DNA of 63,359 nt, filler included, from Neolecta irregularis DAH-3 (GCA_001929475.1; 5 parts of 5 records of this genome joined end to end with filler, not necessarily neighbours in it), one strand, 5' to 3'. Counted from the whole stretch's first letter, positions 11,153 through 23,013 are shown. Translations and numbers: made by a program. The notes: generated from the letters alone by a model not told the origin.

Positions 11153-11841
11153 TCAGCAAAACTGGTAGCGAGGAAAGGATCTCGAGGCTTTTTGTAAAAG
11201 CACGAGTTCCTGGAGATTGCTTTGGTGTTAGCGGGAGGGGTATTCTGGGACTACCTCTCTGACTTGCCCTGCTTTGAGGAGTAGTAGTAGCCGTGGATGG
11301 CGCCGGTGGACTTTTGGTAGCAGATGTAGTAGCTGAAGATCAACGTCGGGGGGTGAGGCGAGAGGTACTAGCCAGCGTAGCTTGCGCCAAAGAGCTGTTC
11401 CGTGTGGTCTGGAACGAGAAACTGTTCTTTCCAGCGCATAAAGACAAAGTCCTTGTTTCTAAAGTCGTAGACGAAGGCGGGATTCTTGAGGACGGCGTGC
11501 TTGAGGGGGCGATCGAAGGCGGGGAATCTGGACTGGAGCGTCAGAGGCAGGGACGGGGCGCGCGGCACCCAGTGGAGCAGATCGACCTTGTCTGAGGCGT
11601 GCCAGTCGTGGTCGCAGCGGGAGGTGAAGCCGAACGTGTCGCCGATGATTTCCGCCTCGAAGAAGGTGGTGATGGAGGGATTGAGGTGGGTCAGGCCGTG
11701 GATCGACAGGTAGCCGCAGAGGACCGAGTCTGGCAGCTGGACATGCAGAATGCACACACACACTTCGCAGGACGAGGCGGGCGAGCGCTGCGCACCGACG
11801 AAGACGGTTCCGGGGCGCAGAAAGTCGTCGTGGAGGGGCAT
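11153..11841 (-). CDS. GID4: GID complex substrate receptor Gid4/Vid24
   Basis: FLRPG..FVGAQ, LCGYLSIHGLT...TTFFEAEII, FMRWKEQFLVPDH, GASYAGYYYICY. Three introns, including an in-frame 36-nt intron 11568-11533; stop at 11153. Confidence 0.9.
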
Positions 11842-11887
11842 CGGGGGTGTCACGTGCCGCCGATGTGAACTATCTACACTCCCGCCG

Positions 11888-12061
11888 ATGCTCCCGCTCC
11901 CCTCCCGCTTGAACTATCGAGCACTCCCGCCGATGCTCCCGCTGCCGCTGCCGCCCGCCATCAAAGACCTCGCCGCCAACGAGAAGCCGCGGCGCGACGC
12001 AGCGCTTGCCGCGGTCGCGCAGATGCTGGCCGGGCGCCCGCTGCCGCTGGCGGAGCACCTG
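11888..12061 (+). CDS. RRP1: Nop52/Rrp1 rRNA-processing protein, N-terminal fragment cut by the assembly linker
   Basis: IKDLAANEKPRRDAALAAV..L resembles the Nop52 N-terminus (LASND..TRD.AL). In-frame ATGs at 11888 and 11933. Confidence 0.65.
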
Positions 12062-12161
12062 NNNNNNNNNNNNNNNNNNNNNNNNNNNNNNNNNNNNNNN
12101 NNNNNTTAATTAATTAANNNNNNNNNNNNNNNNNNNNNNNNNNNNNNNNNNNNNNNNNNNN
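12062..12161. other. Artificial contig linker N44-TTAATTAATTAA-N44
   Basis: 100-bp spacer with stops in all six frames; same spacer at 40407, 44779 and 62117. Confidence 0.98.
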
Positions 12162-12270
12162 GCGGGCGGAACGGGCGGAAGAGCGAGACGGGCGCGAGGC
12201 GGGCGAGACGGGAGAGGCGGGAGGGAGAGGCCGGACGGGAGAGGTAGGCGAGATGGGCAGGCAGGCGGGG
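12162..12270. repeat. G/purine-rich low-complexity repeat at contig edge
   Basis: Reiterated ggcgggcgagacgggagagg-like units, similar in style to 7507-7640. Confidence 0.6.
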
Positions 12271-12404
12271 TGTGAGAGATGGAGTCCACAAGACTGATAG
12301 AGATAGGTAACTTGAAGATGGCTGAAGTCATGAACTCTTGAGGATTACAACATTCAAAAGGAATCAATTCTACACCTTGTTCGTTATGTAATTGCTACGT
12401 GACA

Positions 12405-12421
12405 TAACCCTAACCCTAACC
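12405..12421 (-). repeat. Short interstitial (TTAGGG)n tract
   Basis: taaccctaaccctaacc; a second two-unit tract at 25274-25285. Confidence 0.6.
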
Positions 12422-12459
12422 TGAAATCAACTGATGAACTTGCTCAGTTCCGCAGGACA

Positions 12460-12640
12460 TGCCTAGCCTAAGTATTGACAACTTGGCTAGGTATGAACCG
12501 CCTATCTTTATTATATACTATAATTTAATTGCCGCAATATGAATGAAAGCCTTCCTTCCGTATTGGCCGTGTGCCATAGGTATACGTTTACAGTTAGAGC
12601 AAAACCTAGTCTTATTTGTACTTCAGACGATCACTTATTG
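12460..12640. mobile_element. Degenerate short dispersed repeat with hairpins (MITE or solo-LTR-like), copy 1
   Basis: cctagcctaagt...acttggctagg hairpin and gccgcaatatga...ccgtattgg block shared with 26448-26630 and 52391-52619. Confidence 0.6.
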
Positions 12641-12886
12641 TAAGCATGCTTCTCGCTCCTTTCAAGAGCCAAGAAGAGGCTACTACAATCGGCTCAAATC
12701 CTATCTATGCTTTTATTTTCGGAGGCATTGAAAGCATTCGCTCGGATTGTAGGTAATAAACCTGTGAAGGAAACCCCAAACTGATATATTGAACCTACTG
12801 TTCTTGATTGGCAATATATTCAAGATCACCTAATACAATCTTGTCTTCTTGTTTCCGTTCCATTCATATCATGCATCGTCCTCTAC

Positions 12887-13699
12887 GTGTCGCTGTTTTT
12901 TTTGACTACACCAAGAAACAGATTTTGTGAATATCTCGCAGTAGTTTCGATCATCGGCTTCTTATTCTCGCCAATCCCTGAATTACCACTACTGTCGATT
13001 TTGATACGATTCGGGTATGCTGCGATGGCTATGAAGGCAGCAGATATTGTGCTCATTCGACCGCCCCCGAAAATGCGGGATAACGAGATGCGGACTTTGC
13101 ATGACCGTTTTCGATATGCGAGTTGTCTATTGACACAATTGCGATACGAGAGTTTTGATATTGCTGTTCATAAGAAACCCCGACATCCGACACCGTGGTA
13201 TGAACTATTAGGTTTTTTGGCACTAGGACATCTACCGGGTCCATTCTTGGCATATCGCCGAACCTTTCTCGTGGTTCCGTATATGGTGATTACAATGGAA
13301 GGACTGCGTTATTTGTTGTTTCCAACAAGTCCGCCCTTTTTCTCAAGTTTCTGGATGCAAAAGACGTATGCAGCGCACTGGAATACATCGTGGCACCAAC
13401 TCTTCCGGTCGCCGTTGATGGTCATGGCCCATCAACCTCTCGCTCGATTCGGAAGACCAGTCTCATTGATGGGTGGGTTTTTGCTCAGTGGGGTTTTCCA
13501 TGGATATGCGTTTTTCCCCCTTTATAGGTGGGCTGGGTTGTGGAAATTCCTCGTGTTCTTTGCAATACAGGCATTATATATCTGTTTGGAAACGGCGGTA
13601 ATTTCCGTGTATATTACTCGATATTCGGCATGGATATTTGGTGTTTTATGTATGATGGCTCTCGCTGCCTCGTTTCAGAAGCTATACATTGTAGTGTAG
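12887..13699 (+). CDS. MBOAT_2 / wax synthase / Tri7-like membrane-bound O-acyltransferase; 5' end unresolved
   Basis: Multi-TM ORF with HWNTSWHQLFR and FLLSGVFH motifs. Frame open from 12785; first in-frame ATG at 13025; no evident introns. Confidence 0.75.
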   Translation: MSLFFLTTPRNRFCEYLAVVSIIGFLFSPIPELPLLSILIRFGYAAMAMKAADIVLIRPPPKMRDNEMRTLHDRFRYASCLLTQLRYESFDIAVHKKPRHPTPWYELLGFLALGHLPGPFLAYRRTFLVVPYMVITMEGLRYLLFPTSPPFFSSFWMQKTYAAHWNTSWHQLFRSPLMVMAHQPLARFGRPVSLMGGFLLSGVFHGYAFFPLYRWAGLWKFLVFFAIQALYICLETAVISVYITRYSAWIFGVLCMMALAASFQKLYIVV

Positions 13700-13941
13700 T
13701 AAGTATATCAGAACATTCAAGATTCAACACTTGAATTAACTGTTGACTACTTTGAATCTTGAAGTATTTTTCTGATTAACCATAACTACATGTCAGTGAT
13801 GAAGCCTGTGGTACGAAAATGATATAGTAATCTTTTGGAGGATATTTTAAAGGGGTCTCTTGTTTGGCTTTTCTTTGATCAAAGTCTAGGTTTCTATAAC
13901 CGATGCGGCTATTTCTGTTCCCAAAAAGTAGACCTGTAGGT

Positions 13942-14145
13942 TGTAACGATATACTCGGAGATTTACCGAGAATAAGTTACCAATCTAGTAAGACGGCGCA
14001 GATTAATATAAGGGCAATTAGAGAGAGTATATAAAGGCAAGCGAGGCATGCCTAACCCAAGCTCTAAGGTGTACTTAGCTTAGATTGGGAAATATAATCC
14101 CATCTTATTTGTACTCAGGGTCTTAATTGTAACGCGAGCCTCACA
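13942..14145 (+). mobile_element. Solo-LTR-like element
   Basis: Begins TGTAACG, ends CTCACA, has internal TATATAAAG, and shares tcttatttgtact with 12610. No target-site duplication seen. Confidence 0.4.
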
Positions 14146-14526
14146 TCTTGCAGTATAGATGTACGGAAAACTCTACAAAATTCAGACTCTAGACCAGTAC
14201 CCGTCAATCAGTCTATTCGCAAGGCGCTTCATAATTCCCTCATCTACTTCTGAATAGTGTCATTGTTGATATCGCAAAGTTATATAAATATAACTTGATA
14301 CCACTAATGTGCAGATTTCTAATCATTGGGTATTCTAATATAATACTCGATTCTGAGAATAAACCCAAATATGATGATATTAAATCTCAAATGGTTGTTA
14401 TACCATACAGGATGAAATGAACAGTATTATATTTTAATAATGATGTTTATTATTATAAATATATTCTATTCTCATTTATCGTCACGGAGATGGATGAAAT
14501 GGTGGTGACTTTCACCATCCAACATC

Positions 14527-15398
14527 ATGACCAATTTAACCACACAACAAAAGGGACGTACATTGCACTCAAGGTTATAACTAACTTTTTCAGGTGGCGG
14601 GGTTGTTGCTGGCAGTGGTTGCTGGATGTACGGGACTCGTGCTTATGATTATATATCATCAGCAGATTGTATATTCGTTGCAACCTGCAGCGAAGAAATT
14701 ACATGGGATTCGAGGGGGGTTTATTATTCCGTTTGTGCTGCTTATTATCGTTTCTTTTCCTCCGTTATTTGGTGGGTGTTAATTGTTTTGATTTGGTTGA
14801 TATTTAGGACACGAGATTGTTGCCATACTGACTGGATTTGTGTATGGAATTGTTCCCGGATTTGCGATTGTGGCTACGGGGACGCTATCTGCTGAGACGT
14901 GTTTGTTTCTTTCGTTCCGGCATTACTTTATATCGCGGGTTGAGCAGTTTAAGGCGCACCATCGGGAGAACTATGGGGTTTTTGTGGAGGTCCTGACGCG
15001 CGGAGGGTGGATGATGATATTTCTTGTGCGGCTGAGCGCGCTGCCATCGCATTTTTCGACGCCGCTGTTTAGTTCCATTGAGAGCATTGGGTACTGGAAG
15101 TGGTTTTCTGCGGCGGCAGTGACGTGCCCCAAGGTATGAGCTGGCGGAGGGCACATGCTGAGGGCAGCTGATCATCCCAGTGTACATGGGGCATCTGCTG
15201 AACGCGAACCAGACCACGGCGGTGTCCAAGGTGGCGGTCGGGGTGACGATGGCGATCACAGTGGGGGTGATGGGGTACATCTACTACGAGTACCGGCAGC
15301 TGCGCGCGGAGATATGCGGCGAGGCGTACAAGCGGATGGCGGAAGGCGCCGATGCGGACTCTGAGTGCGAGCTGGTGCTGGCAGAGGACCCGCAGTAG
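14527..15398 (+). CDS. TVP38: Tvp38-like Golgi membrane protein (DedA/VTT family); start uncertain
   Basis: IVSFPPLFG|HEIVAILTGFVYG and FLVRLSALPSHFST motifs; stop TAG 15396-15398. First-intron phase not resolved. Confidence 0.8.
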
Positions 15399-15665
15399 TA
15401 TACAGCTACAATACAGTGACGTGGGTAGTATACAAATACCATACAGGCACGTGGGCAGTATACTATTCGTATACTTAGAGACACTATACAGAACGTGGGT
15501 AGTATCCAGATACTATGCAGGAGGTGGGTAGTATGCAGATGCTATACGGAACGTGGGTAGTATACAGAAACCACCCAGCACGTGGGTAGTATACTATACG
15601 TATGCTTGCAGATACCATACAGACACGTGGGTAGTATCGTACAGATACTATACAACGCTATACAC
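15395..15665. repeat. Minisatellite with 29-30 and 44-45 bp units, core ACGTGGGTAGTAT
   Basis: Cores at 15421, 15451, 15495, 15524, 15553, 15582 and 15627, plus a partial unit at 15395. Confidence 0.95.
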
Positions 15666-15705
15666 CGACACCCACCCACTGTGGCACTGCGGACTAACGC
15701 GCATC

Positions 15706-18700
15706 ATGGGCAGCCACCGCAAGATCCTCGGTATCCGCTCTTGCTGCCCTGCTAACCGCAGTCGCCAACCGCGGAGAAATCCCCATCCGCGTATCTGCCG
15801 CCTGCGATACCCCGCGCTGACTGCAGATCTTCCGCGCAGCCCACGAGCTGGCCATGACCACCGTCGCCGTCTACTCCTATGAAGACCGCCTCTCGATGCA
15901 CAGACAGAGTTTGCTTCTTGCCGATGCCGCTGACCCCAGAGGCAGACGAGGCCTACCAGATCGGCACCCGTGGCCAATACAGCATGCTCTGAAATAGCCT
16001 TTTTTCTAACGGCAGCCCCCGTCGCGGCGTACCTCGCCCAGGACGAGATCATCGCCATCGCAAAGCAGCACGGCGTCTCCATGATCCATCCAGGCTATGG
16101 CTTTCTCTCAGAGAATGCCCAGTTTGCCCAAAAGGTCCAGGATGCGGGAATCGCCTTTGTAGGCCCCTCCCCGCAGGTAATTGACTCCCTCGGAGACAAG
16201 ACAAAGGCCCGAAAAATCGCAATCAGGTGCAACGTCCCCGTCGTTCCCGGCTCAGACGGCCCAATCACTCACATCGCCCAAGCAGCCGCATTTTGTGAAT
16301 CGTACGGCTATCCAATCATCATGAAAGCTGCCTTTGGCGGCGGTGGCCGGGGCATGCGCGTCATCAGAGAGGGCGACGACCTCCAACACGCCTTCACTAG
16401 AGCCTCCTCCGAAGCCAAAAACGCCTTTGGCGACGGAACTGTCTTTATCGAACGCTTTCTAGATAAACCTAAACACATCGAAGTTCAAATCATCGCAGAT
16501 GCCCTCGGAAATACAGTCCACCTTTATGAACGAGACTGCAGCGTCCAAAGAAGACACCAAAAAGTAGTAGAAATCGCCCCTGCCAAAGATCTCCCAAAGC
16601 ACGTCCAACAAAACATTTTGAATGATGCTGTAAAATTGGCTAAAAGTGTTGGTTATCGTATATCTTTGTATGCTATTCATATTCACCCCTAGGCAACGCA
16701 GGAACAGCGGAATTCCTCGTCGACAACCAGGGAAACCACTACTTTATCGAAATAAACCCCCGCTTGTTCGTCTCTTTTCTTATCCTTCTAATAAAAGACA
16801 AGTCGAGCATACAATCACCGAAGAAATAACCGGCCTCGATATCGTTGCCGCGCAAATTAGAATAGCGGCTGGCGCTACATTAGCCCAATTAGGGTTTACT
16901 CAAGACCGCATAAACATCCGCGGCTTTGCGATACAATGTCGCGTGACTACTGAAGACCCCTCTCAAAATTTTCAACCTGATACAGGAAAAATTGAAGTTT
17001 ACCGTTCTTCTGGTGGAAATGGAGTCCGCTTGGACGGTGGAAACGGCTTTGCAGGAGCAATCATTTCACCGCATTATGATTCCATGTTGGTCAAATGTAC
17101 CGTTTCTGGTTCTTCATTTGATATCTGTCGACGAAAAATGATTAGAGCACTGGTTGAATTTCGAATCAGGGGAGTGAAGACTAATATCCCTTTTCTCCTC
17201 AGACTTTTAATTCACGACACTTTTGTCCAGGGAAAATGTTGGACGACCTTTATCGATGACAGTCCAGATTTATTCCGGCTTTTTACAAGTCAGAACCGTG
17301 CGCAGAAATTTTTGGCGTATATTGGTGACGTCATCGTTAACGGGAGTAGCGTCAAAGGACAAATTGTATCCCAATTTTATTACAAAGCTAAAATTAGGGC
17401 GAACCAAGTTTAAAATCGGAAATTGTGTTGCCATGTCTAGTCAATGATTCCGGGAATCCAATCGATACAACATCACCCTGCCCGTACGGCTGGCGTAACA
17501 TCCTGTTAGAATCTGGCCCACAAGCATTTTCAAATGCAGTCCGTGAATATAAAGGATGCTTGATAATGGATACAACATGGCGAGACGCCCATCAATCACT
17601 TTTAGCAACTCGAGTCCGAACAATAGATTTAGTAAACATTGCTCTATATACATCTCACGCCTACTCCAATGCATTCGCTTTAGAAATGTGGGGCGGAGCA
17701 ACGTTTGATGTCGCTATGAGATTCTTGTACGAAGATCCCTGGGACCGACTTCGTAAACTGCGAAAATTAGTCCCGAACATACCGTTTCAAATGCTTCTTC
17801 GAGGAGCAAACGGTGTAGCGTATGCAAGTCTCGCCGATAACGCTATCGAGCATTTCGTGATTCAGGCAAAGAAAAATGGAGTCGATGTATTTCGCGTATT
17901 CGACGCATTAAACGATATCGAGAATTTAAAAGTTGGCTGTGAAGCTGTTCGGCTCGCGGGTGGTGTGGTTCAAGCTACTATTTGCTACTCAGGCGACATG
18001 CTCAATCCACTTAAAAAATACAATTTGAAATATTATTTGGAATTAGTTGATCAAATCGTTGATATGGGTACACATATATTAGGGATAAAGGATATGGCGG
18101 GAGTTTTAAAACCTCAGGCTGCGAATATTTTGATTGGTGCTATTCGCGAGAAATATCCCCGCTTGCCTATTCATGTTCATACACATGATTCAGCGGGGAC
18201 AGGCGTATCTTCAATGATTGCTTGTGTTCTCGCTGGCGCAGATATCGTCGACGTCTGCTCAGACAGTACCATCTTTTTTTTCCAGTATTAATTATAGGCA
18301 TTTCGGGTATGACTTCTCAACCTTCCATTGGAGCATTTTTGGCAGCTCTTGAAGGATCAGGATTGGATACAGGCTTGAACCCTTCTTTGGTCCGTGAAAT
18401 AGATACTTATTGGGCACAATTACGACTTTTGTATTCGTGCTTTGAAGCAGATTTAAAAGGCCCCGATCCAGAAGTTTATCTTCATGAAATCCCAGGTGGC
18501 CAATTAACTAATTTAAAGTTTCAAGCTACGCAATTGGGGTTGGGAACTCAATGGAAAGGTGTGTATTTATTACATCCTTTTTAACTTTAGAAACTAAAAA
18601 GGCATATGTTCAGGCAAATAAACTGCTTGGAGATATAGTCAAAGTCACGCCTACTTCTAAAGTGGTAGGCGATCTGGGTAATACGTTATAACCCCAAATT

Positions 18701-19627
18701 TATTTTTAAATATCTAGCGCAATTTATGGTTCAGAATAAATTGAGCTATGAAGATGTTCAGGTCAAGGCTGAGGAACTTGACTTTCCTGCTTCAGTGTTG
18801 GATTTCTTCCAAGGATTGATGGGTAGACCATATGGTGGATTCCCTGAACCACTTCGCACAAAGGTATATATTACAAAAGCTAAATCTTAATTTCTTTTTA
18901 GGTTCTCCGAGGTCGTCGTGAGAAACTCGATCAACGACCAGGAAAATCTCTTCCCCCGCTAAATCTTTCTCAAATTAAAAACGACCTCAAACAGAAATAC
19001 GGGGAAAAGATTACTGAATGCGATGTCGCTAGTTGGATAATGTATCCCAAAGTATATCAAGAATACCGTTCCTTTGTCGATAAATTCGGTGATCTAAGCG
19101 TCCTTCCAACCCGCTACTTTCTTTCCAAACCAAACGTAGGAGAAGAATTCCATATCGAGATAGAACAAGGAAAAACACTGATTATAAAATTACTTGCTGT
19201 TGGACCGGTTTCAGAAAGTACAGGCCAACGAGAAGTATTTTTTGAATTGAACGGTGAAATCCGCGCTGTTCCTATCGATGATAAAAAAGCTGGTACTTAT
19301 ATCTTGTGTTGCCTTGTTAATGTTTAGCGGTCGAGAGTGTTTCTAGGGTTAAAGCTGATCCGAACGATCACGGACATGTAGGCGCACCGATGAGTGGTGT
19401 CGTTGTTGAGATGAGGGTTCATGTAGGATCGAACGTTAAGAAAGGAGATCCTATTGCCGTTCTATCTGCCATGAAAATGGTACATTATTCTTTTATATGA
19501 AAAAACTTAATTTCTTTAGGAAATGGTGATTTCAGCACCGGTTGCAGGTCGAGTTGAAGATATTCAGGTTGGAGAAGGTGATTCAGTCAATGGTGGAGAT
19601 CTTGTTGCTAGGATTGTAAAGGGATAG
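15706..19627 (+). CDS. PYC1: Pyruvate carboxylase
   Basis: [57 protein letters not shown] and biotinyl motif AMKM. Multi-intron; stop 19625-19627. Confidence 0.98.
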
Positions 19628-20493
19628 AAGATATACTGGTATGTGATTTGTTTGTATCTTGATAGATGTAGAAAAGAAACCTGTAGTTGAGCCTGGTGTG
19701 GTAATCTCGTTGAGGCGCGTGGTCGTTGAGACTCGTATAAACGAATATCGCTAATGGATAATGAATGTTCGTCGCAAGCTTCAAAGAATAACGATCATGG
19801 ACAATATCAACGATGAGTGTTTATTCAGTCACTATAATTCGATGCTATCTAAACATTTCCTTGACAGATCAGCAGATGGACTCTTCGAACTTGAGGACGG
19901 ATTTTCTTTATGGAACTCGCCGGAATAATTCAGAATAATGCTATCGAATTTTCAAATGCCTTAATCATAATTCTAACGAATCCTTGTAGTCTTGTAATTT
20001 TTGCAGAAATATTTTGCCCGAAAATGCTCTTGCATCGTTAAACCTACCACGGGTAGGTTCAAGAGCATTCGTAACATAAGGTGTTAGCTAGGTAATCAGT
20101 TATATCCATAAAGGCAAATACTTTGCAAGTCGAAAAAGATTCCGGGACAACATAGGTCCTCACTCGTTCCGGTAAGATAACATAGTCGCCTGTGGTTCAT
20201 AAGAAACTAGGTTAAATAATTAATCAAACCGTGTTTTGTATGTCGTCCCATTGCACCTGAACCGGTACCTGCAAAGGGTCATAAATAAGTTGGTAATTCT
20301 TAAAGGACCTTTATAATAATCCTTATTCCCATGCTTTGTCCGTGTCAAACGAAGCCGTAGAGCGCCTAGACATGCTGGCGTGGGGCGAATCATGATATAT
20401 CGATGTCTGAAGAGAAATTATTTAGAGGTCACGTTGTAAGCGGTGACTCGAAAGATTCCCGTTTTCTCGACAGACTTCATAACCCTCTAACCT

Positions 20494-22151
20494 ATGGCAG
20501 CCGCAGAAACTAATGGACTATATCCTTCAGAACGACCAGAGTTGTTGTTGAATTATAATGTCGATCCAATATTGTTAAATCCGCTTTCGCCAGAAGTCAT
20601 CTCGAGGTATGAGACAGATACACAGAGAATCGATCACTAACTTGAAAATAGACAAGCGACTATCAATATCGGGACTATCGGTTCGTTTCTCTGTCTAATA
20701 GAAACTAATAGATACAGGTCACGTAGCTCATGGAAAGGTGCTAAACCTTATGGAAGGATATGTTAATAATAGTCTACCGTCGTCAAAGCAATTTCGGGTG
20801 TCCAGACTGTCCGATTTAAGAATGAACTCGAAAGAAATATCACGATCAAACTTGGATATGCAAATGCTAAAGTATCCGATCTTTTTTGGAATCCTGTTGA
20901 GCTGTAGATCTACAGGTGCACCGAGTGCCCTCGTCCAACCTGCTATAGATCATACTCTTCCGAATATCCCTTCAATCCTCCTTGCGAAAGGCCCACATGC
21001 AACGGAAATCTCCAACTCGTGCGACACGTCTCCTTTGTTGACTGCCCTGGTCACGATATTCTCATGGCGACCATGTTGAACGGAGCAGCAGTCATGGACG
21101 CAGCTATGCTTCTAGTTGCTGGAAACGAAACTTGTCCTCAACCCCAAACATCAGAACATCTTGCAGCCATTGAAATTATGAAGCTGCGGAACATTATTAT
21201 CCTGCAGAACAAGGTCGATTTAGTTAGAGAAGATGCCGCGAAAGACCATTACGAAAGCATTCTAAAGTTTGTCAAAGGTGGTAATATACAAGTCCAGTTC
21301 TGATAGACAGGAACTGTTGCTGATAAAGCGCCCGTTATACCCATTTCTGCACAGTTAAAATACAATATCGATGCAATCAACGAATATATCGTTAAATCTG
21401 TCCCCATACCGATCCGAGATTTCACAGCAATTCCTCGTCTCATTGTAATTCGATCATTTGATATAAACAAACCAGGAACTGAAATTGATGAACTCAAGGG
21501 CGGTATTGCAGGAGGGTCAATCCTTACCGGGGTTCTTCGTCTTGGAGATCAGATCGAAGTTCGGCCAGGCGTTATCGAGAAAGACGCAGAAGGAAAGTTA
21601 ATCGTTGAGCCATTAATGTCTACAATCACAACCCTTCATGCCGAAAAAAATCAAATGAATTTTGCAGTTCCTGGTGGTTTGATTGGCGTAGGTACAAGCA
21701 TTGATCCATGGTTATGCAGAGGCGATCGACTAGTCGGTCAAGTATTGGGATTAAAAGGTCGGTTGCCCGCTGTTTATACACAGCTCGAGATCAACTACTT
21801 TCTTCTTCGACGGTAGGTCTTATTTACAATTTTGGTTGATCTGAAGACTTCTTGGTGTAAAGTCAGACGATAAAAAGAAGACCAAAGTCGCCAAACTTGA
21901 AAAAGGTGAATCGCTTCTCTTGAATATAGGAAGTACTTCTGTCGGAGCTCATATTCTCGCTGTCAAATCCGTATGATCTCACATCTGGGGCAATATCCAT
22001 TGACACCTAGCAGGACGCAGCCAAATTAAAACTCGTCACCCCGGCTTGTACTGACATTGGAGAAAAGGTAGCACTGAGTAGGCGTATCGATAAACACTGG
22101 CGGTTGATTGGGTGGGCCAAGATCCTTCGTGGTGTTACAGTTGAGTTGTAA
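20494..22151 (+). CDS. GCD11: Translation initiation factor eIF2 gamma subunit
   Basis: [40 protein letters not shown] and [16 protein letters not shown]; includes a 20-nt micro-exon near 20718-20737. Confidence 0.97.
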
Positions 22152-22305
22152 AGTTGCATATTTCTTCACATTGATATATATGACCATGAAAACAGATATC
22201 ACTGTTGCATTATATATATAATAGCCCTGCAGCATCTATCCTATCGTTTGAGTCCTGTTCGTCCTGTTCCTATGTGATAAAAATGGGTAAAATGAAGATA
22301 GAGGA

Positions 22306-22399
22306 GGGTCCGGCCGCGATTCGAACGCGGGACCTCATCCAGTTCATCCAACTAAATTGAAAGCCCTAAGGATGAATCATACCTCTAGACCACAGGACC
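22306..22399 (-). tRNA. tRNA-Pro(AGG) with 22-nt intron
   Basis: GGTCCTGTGGTCTAGAGGTATGATTCATCCTT-AGG-G[intron]TGGATGAGGTCCCGCGTTCGAATCGCGGCCGGACCC; A/B boxes, cloverleaf stems and a downstream T-run. Confidence 0.93.
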
Positions 22400-23013
22400 G
22401 CATGGCCAATATGCGGAAATTTAATATTATTTACAAGGGTTGTCGCGTACCGTTGGGCAACTTCCTTCTGGCGCCCCCGTACTGCAGTCACCAACTTAAC
22501 AGACCTGCATCGTTACCCCAATTCAGATATCACTATCCCAAATCATTATCGCCTACAGTCCATATCTTTTATCTTCGTCTGGATCTACTTACAGTCTCTG
22601 AGTTCATCAACAAATCAGAAAGAAAGAGCCTCATCCTATGGCGTCGTTTACACTGGTGTATCCTCGATCACCGGGATGGACGCCTCAGAAGTCGCTAGGA
22701 AAGTTTTAGGGGTTGAAGATTTCCTGCGTCCATTTATTGCTTATTTTAACTCTGCCGACGTGGAGGAAGGCCTGTTCTGAGATATATAACTGCATTCTAT
22801 TCTGCTCTTTTAGAAAGAGGAATATAACCCGCCCCGGTTTCTTTTCTCGACATCATCAAAAGGCAAACAGAATCCCAGCATTTCTGACACTAGCAACTTG
22901 GGTGTGTCAGGCTTTATTTGCAATGTATCAGGGGTTTGCGACGTCATAATTTTTTAAATCCCAGCTTAGCCCACAAATCTCTCTGAATCAAAATCTATAT
23001 CATCAACGTAGTC

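Noticed and set aside
12062-12161. Recurrent TTAATTAATTAA palindrome
   Set aside because: Always centred in exactly 44+44 Ns, so it is an artificial scaffolding linker.
12405-12421. Chromosome end or telomere
   Set aside because: Fewer than three units and internal to a contig; at most an interstitial seed or Tbf1-like site.
15395-15665. CRISPR-like repeat/spacer appearance
   Set aside because: The spacers resemble each other, the core is only about 13 nt, there are no cas genes and the context is eukaryotic; it is a minisatellite.
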